Shown here: positions 51,791 through 59,061 of the stretch, piece by piece | Numbering within the stretch: position 1 is the first letter of the stretch | Layout of the letters: the number at the start of each line of letters is the position of its first letter | Origin: Octopus bimaculoides | Taxonomy: Eukaryota | Length of the DNA: 59,061 bases | Direction: 5' to 3' | NCBI RefSeq assembly: GCF_001194135.2 | Contig: NC_068982.1 | Span: 191,653,546 to 191,712,606 of the forward strand | The notes under the pieces: model-generated | What the model saw: the letters and a program-made list of their open reading frames with translations, nothing else | Database searches by the model: none | Told to the model about the DNA's origin: nothing | Program-made: the position numbers and the translations under genes

Positions 51791-52399
51791 TAATACACAG
51801 TATACATGTGTATACACATAAGAGTATACATACATTCACAAATATATATACATGCACACATACATAAACAAAAGCGATTTATCTGAAAAAGAAAAAAGAT
51901 TTTTACAGAAATTACTGAACAAATAATGGTTTGTTTCACTTCTCGTATATTTTGTTTAGAAAGATTGTCTTTTTTCTCATTAAAACAATAAAAAAAAACA
52001 CACGCGACCAACTTGTTTGATACAGTTGTCATAGAAATAGATAAATGAAACTATTGTGATGTGCTTTTAAGGAATGACCACCTTAAATGTATGGGAACAC
52101 AAAGTGTGTGGAGAGATGGCGGGGGGGGGGGAGAGAGAGCAATTGACAAGGAATAAATGAGACAATTTCAAGGTTATGTTTTCCGTTTCGAGGGTGTCTG
52201 GAAATCAAAAAGATCGGTTAAAAAGTATGTTGATGTTGGAAACATTTAAAATAGCACGGGGTATTAAAAAAAAAAACCCGTTTTTAAAAACCGCTGTATT
52301 TAAAATATTTTACAAGAAATTTCGGCGGGAGTTTCGGAATAGCTCACTCATATAAGTTGAATTTTTTTCCGTTTTCGCCTGGATCTAATTTTTTTTTGG

Positions 52400-52784
52400 C
52401 TATCTTTCGATAAAGGTAGAGTGGTAACGAAAGTATTTGTATGACGATTTCCGTAAAAATGTTTTGTTTCAGCTGAATCGCTTATGATTATGTATTTTTT
52501 GTGTATGTATTATGTGTTTGTTCGTATGTATATTTGTTTAAATACTGTATACGTATGTGTATACACATACATAAATATACATACATGCACACACATTTAT
52601 ATATATATATATATATACACACACAACTACATAAACCAGGTACTTACACAAATATACATACATACACAAAGAGACGAACTGGATCCAAATAATACATAAA
52701 CATAAGCAAAAAAAAATTGAAATAACAATTTTGTACAGAAATTGGCAAACACTCACTTATGCCTCTACATTTATCGAAAGATAG
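52400..52784. repeat. MITE-like element with 22-bp terminal inverted repeats
   Basis: ctatctttcgataaaggtagag (52400-21) versus ctctacatttatcgaaagatag (52763-84), 1 mismatch. Confidence 0.55.
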
Positions 52785-53059
52785 ACTTCCGTTTTTCTGA
52801 GTGCCACACATTCAAAATGATAGTGGTGGGGGGGAACCTTTTATTTTCATAAAATTTTAATCCATAATTTTTTAAAACGTCGCCCCGCCCCACAGACATC
52901 AACATGAAAAATTTTCTTTCCCCTCTTATTATATTTCCATATTCTGAGACATGTAATTCAAACTTTTGGAGGAATTAAGATCTAAATTTATCGACTCCTC
53001 CCACCCCACCCCCAGAAAAAAACTGCAACAACAACTTTCTTTTTTTTTTGTAGTTTCAG

Positions 53060-53646
53060 TCATTTTATTATATTCCACTTTCTGAAACATTTGGAATTCA
53101 CATTTAAAACAAAACAAAAAATTCTTACGACCCCTTCCTCTCCCCCAATAATTTTTGGTTTTCGCTTCTTTTCCTTCTTTTGTTTTCTCTTTTGCCAAAC
53201 TGTAAAAACCTTTCTCTATACGACATAAAAACTGAATAGAGATTTTTTAAAAAAAAGTCTTACCTTATTTTCGGTGACAATTGCCATCAAATTTAAATTT
53301 ACTATTTTTTCAACAAGACAAAACTAAAGAGAAATCTAAGATGCTTAGGACAAGGTGCTGCAGTGATAAACATTTGCAATTCCATTCGAGAGAGTGGGAG
53401 AAAAAGATGTTTGGTCTCGTTAGACTTTTCATCAATTAAAAATATACATTTTAAATAACAGAAATTACCAATTCATAGATACTTCCTTCAAAATTCTAAT
53501 TTCGATTTTCACATCAATTTATGGTGTGTGCTTAAAAAAAAAAAAAATTTATTGTGAAAATGAGTAGCGTGTGATGGAGTAAGAATTTTTGTTTTGTTCT
53601 AAATGTGAATTCCAAATGTTTCAGAATGTGGAATATAATAAAATGA
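53060..53646. repeat. About 69-bp inverted repeat pair (MITE-like)
   Basis: 53060-53128 versus 53579-53646, about 3 differences. Confidence 0.7.
53264..53323 (-). other. Candidate non-coding 5' UTR exon of the IAP gene
   Basis: Minus-strand acceptor atttctctttag| and strong donor aag|gtaaga. Speculative without transcript data. Confidence 0.25.
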
Positions 53647-55289
53647 GAAAAATAAATTTGTTAAATTATACGTTATACTTGTTTCTGCTTTTCATCCTGT
53701 CAGATATTGATAACTAAAGTGCTGTGATCGATTCTTCTTGCCTTTATTTTCTCCCCAAATTGGCTACGTTCTAGTCACCGGCTTCCTCCGTAGAAAAGAG
53801 GGTTTCTGGTTAAACTATGGTAAGCCTTCAAATGTTAGACGAAGAGACAAGTCAGTTAAACTAACATATCAGTCACATCAACACAACTGAACTGGCAGAG
53901 ACGCTACCACGAACAAGAAACGTTACACCTACCGAATTCAAAGACGCCTTTAGTTTTTCACTTTCAATGGAAGCTCTGTTTTCCCCTCCTTTCTCTCTTC
54001 TAAAACTTCACAGTAAAAGTTTCAGTCAACATTATTGTTCACGTCTGCTCTAAAGAACGTGCCTGTGTGAGTAAAATACCAACAAACGGAGAATACAAAC
54101 GTTCATCTAAAACGTTTTGTCGTTTGTGGAAATTATATCAAGAATCACAGGATTAATATGCACAGGACTCCTTGATCTAGCTCCGCTGACGACAAAATGA
54201 GTCAATCCTTATGCGTATTAAGTGGGGAGAATGTAAATTTAGTTCTGTTAAGTTTTTGTTTTATTAAGGACACTCGATTCCTGAACACTTTATGAAGTGT
54301 CATATCGGCTGAATGTGGGTTACTTTGCACGTCAGAACGAGATAAATTTACGTATACAAGGAGTCCCAGCCAAGTTAATACAGTACTCTCACCTTAATTC
54401 TGGGGCCACTGGAATTATCCATAGACGATGGGAAGAGACCCGATGGCTATAGAGTTCTTTTGGTGGAATAATTTTGCAGAGCGAGTTTTAAAAGTTCATT
54501 AGAAAAGCTAAGAGACCTAATAACCATTGAGAGTGAGTGTGACCATTTTGAGAGTGTAGTGGTTAGATGTGTATCATGGTGAACAGATGCAAAAGGAATG
54601 TGTGTGCCTTTGAAGTAAACAAATGAGTGAATCGATTCACAATTAAAAATAATTTATTCACTGGACTTAATTTGTTGTTGGTACACATAATTCTTCACTA
54701 CATGCAAAATGTTGACAACTGCTACGAGTTGCTAGAAATAGAAATAGGGTACATCTGTGGAAATGATATGTCAGAAATGAATATATGTTTGTGTGTGTGT
54801 ACGTAGTTCTTCTGAGACAGTAGTCTACCGTGGAACTTCGAACATTTCTCTGCGGTCGCCATATCCTGTTGTGTCGTAGAACTTTCTCGTTTGCCTGCTG
54901 GGCCCTTCGCCTTGTCTGTCTGTTGACCACCGTATTTATAATAAGCGTGGCAGCTAGAAGGACAGACATACTGCAGCAGAGTTTGTACCTAAATAGGTCA
55001 GCTCCTGTCCATTTGAACTTCGCCTGGCATGGCTGAGGTCGTAGGTCAAAGGGAGATGGTCAATCACTTTTTGACAGGACAAAGAAAACCTGTAGATATG
55101 GGACCCTTGAGGAAGGGCTTCTCCTCACAAATATATGAGGGCCTCATAGACATTACCCCGCAAGCCCTGGATGAAGAACAGGAGGAGGTAAGTAAATAAT
55201 TCTTTCTATGGACATTCTTAATGTACGCGGCCTGAGGTCGACTTGGAAACAAGCCCGTTTCCTACATCACCTCAGGTCGCATCTTTTGG

Positions 55290-55790
55290 ATGTCATAGTG
55301 GATACAGAGACCAGGTTGAGCAGTCAGAGGGATTTCTCTCCACACCTAAATGGCTACGAGTACTGAGGCCGGCGAGATTATCCAGAAGTGATTGGAAGAG
55401 ACCAGATGGTCTTATCCTTTGTTCCTGAGTAAGAGATAGGTGCCTCATCTGGGAGGCCACAATCTGTGACTCCTTTACTCCTTCCCACAATCTGGGTGCT
55501 GCGGTAAATGAAGGGTCACTGCTTCCGTAGCCGAACGGAAGAAAATCCTCAAGTACCCGACAGGGAACCATTTCATCCAGCTTGTGGCGTTTGAGACGTT
55601 TGGATGGACTGGGCCTCTAACAGCGAAGTTCTTGTCATTGTCGAGGTGTCAGGTGATGCCCGTGAGGGTGCTTAGCTGTTCCAATGCCTTAGCCTCGCCA
55701 TCGCCTCTGCTAATACCGTGTTGGCTTGCTTCAGTAGGCTCTGTCGAACCTTGTGATGGGCGACCAAGTGAGCTACTTGGTATTGAAGTG
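55290..55790 (+). mobile_element. CRE-clade non-LTR retrotransposon RLE remnant (longer copy)
   Basis: LRPARLSRSDWKRPDGLIL..RCLIWEATICDSF..VAFETFGWTG..LFQCLSLAIASAN. A possible upstream piece WALRLVC lies at about 54890. Confidence 0.75.
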
Positions 55791-56383
55791 ATATATTTTT
55801 GCCATTTTTTTTTCGTTTTTTATTCCTTGTTCCTCTTTTTCCATTTTTTAAATCTATATTTTTAATGTGGTTTTGTGTTGTGTAATATTCTAGTAAAAGT
55901 AAAAGATATAAAAAAAGAAAAAGATATTAAGTACTGGGGTCAATTTGATAAAAAAAAAAATTCTCCAATGTAGTGCCCCAGCATGGCCGCAGTCTAATGA
56001 CATATCGTTTGGAGAAAACATAAATCCGGAGAGGAAGCACACTCTAAGATGTAGAGCAGTATATTATTTTTTATAGGGGAAGGCCGGTTTATGGGAATAC
56101 CCCGTGTTTCCTGTTCATAAAAGGGTTTCACTTTATGGTGTATCGTCAGACCTCAAAACCTGTTGGCCTGTCCCATAAACCAGCCTTCCCCAGTAAAATA
56201 TATATCTACAGGGATATGTCGCATTCTTGTCTGTCTCCTGTCAAAGCTTGTTCTCCAGCGTTCACCACTTCACCTCGTTATGGCCTAACAGCCCTTACCG
56301 TTTGTTTTCACTGTCCTGTTTTTGTTTCGAACTTTGGGCCTCCACAAATCACAGATTTTATTTAATTTGCTTTGCAGAAGCAA

Positions 56384-56441
56384 CTGTTTTGACGAAGACG
56401 CATCTTGTCGTAATGCTCGAAATGCAGAGTAGATAAAACAG
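56384..56441 (+). ncRNA. Degenerate type I hammerhead ribozyme-like sequence
   Basis: ctgtttt-TGACGA (C3 lost); stem II ga(c)gcat/atgctc; GAAA 56419-22; T-gcaga-GTA; then gat-aaaacag pairing with ctgtttt. Confidence 0.45.
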
Positions 56442-56603
56442 CCGACAACTGATGAAGGGATTGTTCTTTATGTTGCCTGTCTTGTTTTTCTATTTGCTTC
56501 TTTCGTTGTTCGCGAAAAAAAGTTCGTTTTCCATGGTTTCGTATTTCATGTTTTTTGACGTCCTGTACCCATATATGCATATGTATGTACATGTATATAT
56601 GCA

Positions 56604-56691
<88 letters not shown>

Positions 56692-56759
56692 AAAAATATT
56701 CATAGATTTTCAAAAGTTTTTAATAAAGGGCTCCCCCTCCCAACCATGTTGAGAAAAAA

Positions 56760-57100
56760 AATTGAAAAATTCCCCTTCAAATCGGAGAAAATCCAACTTA
56801 TGTGGGCGACCCAGGAACGAGAAAAGAAGTCTTTGTTGTTCGCCAAAGTGATATTAGGTACGAGTTGATAAAAGTGAAAGATCGACCACAAATCAAGGAA
56901 ATAAAAAAAATCCCCATTGAAAGAGTCATCTGTGGGAGTTTTCATGAGATTTTCCTTTCACCCTTTTTTTCTGGAACTTTTCCTTGAAGTTGTAAAACAA
57001 GTGTGATGTTACACTGAGGCAGGGATTCGTTAAGAACAGTAACGCTACATTGAGACATATAACCAGTTGTATATTAGTTACAACTATGGCGGCGGAAGTT
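56760..57100. promoter_or_regulatory. Putative promoter region with kB-like, YY1-like and ETS-like motifs
   Basis: GGGGAATTTTTC (- strand, 56764-75), GAGATTTTCC 56946, GGAACTTTTCC 56973, ATGGCGGCGGAAGT 57086. Confidence 0.4.
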
Positions 57101-57110
57101 GACATTCCTG
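57086..57110 (+). CDS. Probable first coding exon of an unidentified gene (MAAEVDIP...)
   Basis: ATG GCG GCG GAA GTT GAC ATT CCT G|gtaaag. The ATG lies in a YY1-like ATGGCGGC motif overlapping ETS-like CGGAAGT, typical of housekeeping gene starts. No confirmed second exon in the window. Confidence 0.5.
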
Positions 57111-57613
57111 GTAAAGTAACTGTTAAAGTTATATATTTTATAATTCTTTAACAAATTGGAATTCTTATTTCCATGGTGAATTTAAATAAACATTACCCTT
57201 CAGAAACAGACATTAATGTTTTATCGACAGTTTTATTCTTTAAACGTTATTTAATTATCGGTTGTCAAGGCTTATATCTATTAGAACATGTTTATTATAT
57301 ATTATATAGACATTCTCTGGGGCACTTACGTATGATTATATTCATTTTCGTGGTATATTATAATTATATTATCATTATTAACGTATATAATTAAGCATTC
57401 ATTTAATGTGTCTTTATTAAAATACACTAAAATGCATTGTATTTTGCCGAACCACTTCAATGAAAGAATTTTTGTTTTTCTCCTTTTTCTGCCTCGTTGT
57501 TTGCGAGATTGTAAAACATAAACAGACACAAATATATTTATCAGCGCGAAATGGATTCTGCATTCACGTCGTCACCAAAGTAACCACATTATATTTGTTC
57601 TGTATCGAAGTTC

Positions 57614-58066
57614 TTTTAGGACAGTTTATTTTGAACCGTCCCCTCTGTGGAACTTTGTCGAAGATTTTATCAATTACACAGATTATTCTGGCCTTTCAGT
57701 TTGGAGAATCGGCTAGTTGGTATTCTAGGAATAAATTAACTATCATATTCGATGACAATATAACAGTTCATAATTATGTTAGTTGCGGATTATGCAGTTT
57801 AGAGACGATAGTTCAGAAAAACTCCGAGATGTGGACACTGATAACTAACAATATATGCACTGTCTACATCTCAGGGATGTTCTGAAATAATCCGCAACTA
57901 ACATAAGTAGGAATTGTTATATTGTCATCGAATATGAAAATTAATTTATTGCTAGAGCGCTAACCAGCCGAGTCTTAAAACTCAAAAGCCAGGATAATCT
58001 GTGTAATTGATAAAATCTTCGACAAAGATCCACATACAGGACGGGTCAAAATAACCTGTCCTAAAA
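57614..58066. repeat. 180-bp inverted repeat with a 93-bp spacer (MITE/hairpin)
   Basis: 57614-57793 versus 57887-58066, e.g. ctttgtcgaagattttatcaattacacagattat and catattcgatgacaatataaca on both arms. Confidence 0.85.
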
Positions 58067-59061
58067 TTCTTGGGATTTTTTCCGACGTATAACAAAACTC
58101 TCCAAAAAATTATTGCTACGCCACAGTTTCTATCGATTTTTGATAATATTTTCGACAATAACATTCTAGAAAGCAACAGATGTTTGAATGTTTGGTGATA
58201 CTTGCTAAGTTTTACGAAATTCTTAGTAACTGATTTTAAATGGAATCAGTAAAAGGATTTTACAGAAAGTTTGATTGGAATGTTAAAATCCAGTCTCTGA
58301 GATTCAATTGTCAAAATCGATAACTCTTTGTGGTCCTTCAGGCTGTGGTTCCCAAGTGCAAGGTACATAACTCTGCCTGTTTCGGCATGTCTGGTTGACA
58401 GGAACACATCTTTCACATCAAATTGAAAGAGGTTCTATATGGTTGTGTTATCTGCTAGAATAAGCGGCCGAAATTTCTCCAAACTTGTTCCTTATCATTT
58501 TTAAAATGATATCTAATGTTATCTTCATCATCATCATCATCATTTATATGTCTGCTTTCCATGCTGGCATGGGTTGGACGCTTTGACAAGATTCAATGTG
58601 TTGCAGAACCACTTCTAAGTCCTCAGTTTTTGGCATGGTTTCTATGGCTAGATGTTCTTTTACAGAGTGTATTGGGCGCTTTTTACTAGTGAGGTCACCA
58701 TGTCTCCTGCAAAACTAAGGAGTCTCCTTGGCTGAGAGAGAAGATAGGAAATCGAGTGGCTGCTTTCTGTGAGGTGTTGAGAAGTTAAAGTATGATGGAG
58801 GAGAGGGGCGGGGGGCAGGGAGAGGTTTGTTGTTGTGGAGGAGATTCATGTCTACGTTGTATTTTACATGGGTGGATAGAGTGAGGTTAGAGAGGAGTTG
58901 AAAAAAGAGGTAAATGGGGTGGTGGTGGTGGTGATGAGGTGCCAGGTAACATATCCAGGAAGATGAATAGAAGAGAACTTGGAGGCAGGAGAATCAGTTG
59001 GGGTGGATACGGTTACAAGATTGTGAGGGATAGATTGAAAAGAGGGAGTAGAATTGTTTAG

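Noticed and set aside
58342-58362. Possible second exon of the + gene (cag|GCTGTGG..CAAG|gtacat)
   Set aside because: It would be a 21-nt microexon in LINE-like decayed sequence, and longer readings hit stops; unsupported.

Overview
Eukaryotic, AT-rich, repeat-dense scaffold with 7 N-gaps. The repeat families ((GAT)n-tailed RTE LINE ends, two tRNA-derived SINE families) suggest an octopus or other coleoid cephalopod; this is recognition, not a database result. Three genes are supported. (1) The last three coding exons of an anoctamin-8-like gene on + (1921-2052, 4327-4437, 6135-6386). (2) A four-exon inhibitor-of-apoptosis gene on - (44784-44385, 25284-25136, 18761-18317, 15191-14995; 1191 nt, 396 aa, all splice phases compatible) with a BIR-BIR-linker-RING layout. 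(3) A probable short first coding exon of an unidentified + gene at 57086. The rest is mostly mobile-element debris: RTE, CR1/L2, CRE-type and Penelope-like retroelements, Tc1/mariner and pogo DNA transposons, and MITE/foldback inverted repeats. Best hunt results: a well-formed type I hammerhead ribozyme candidate (31765-31841) at the end of a ~700-bp inverted-arm Penelope-like locus in IAP intron 1, whose mirror copy on the IAP-sense strand stops at the start of the catalytic core; a second, degenerate hammerhead at 56384-56441; an apparently ORF1-only (HAL1-like) L1/Tx1 retroelement family at 48-51 kb; and a foldback element with repeated kB-like motifs just upstream of the IAP start codon. 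TE boundaries are approximate and identities were judged by eye.
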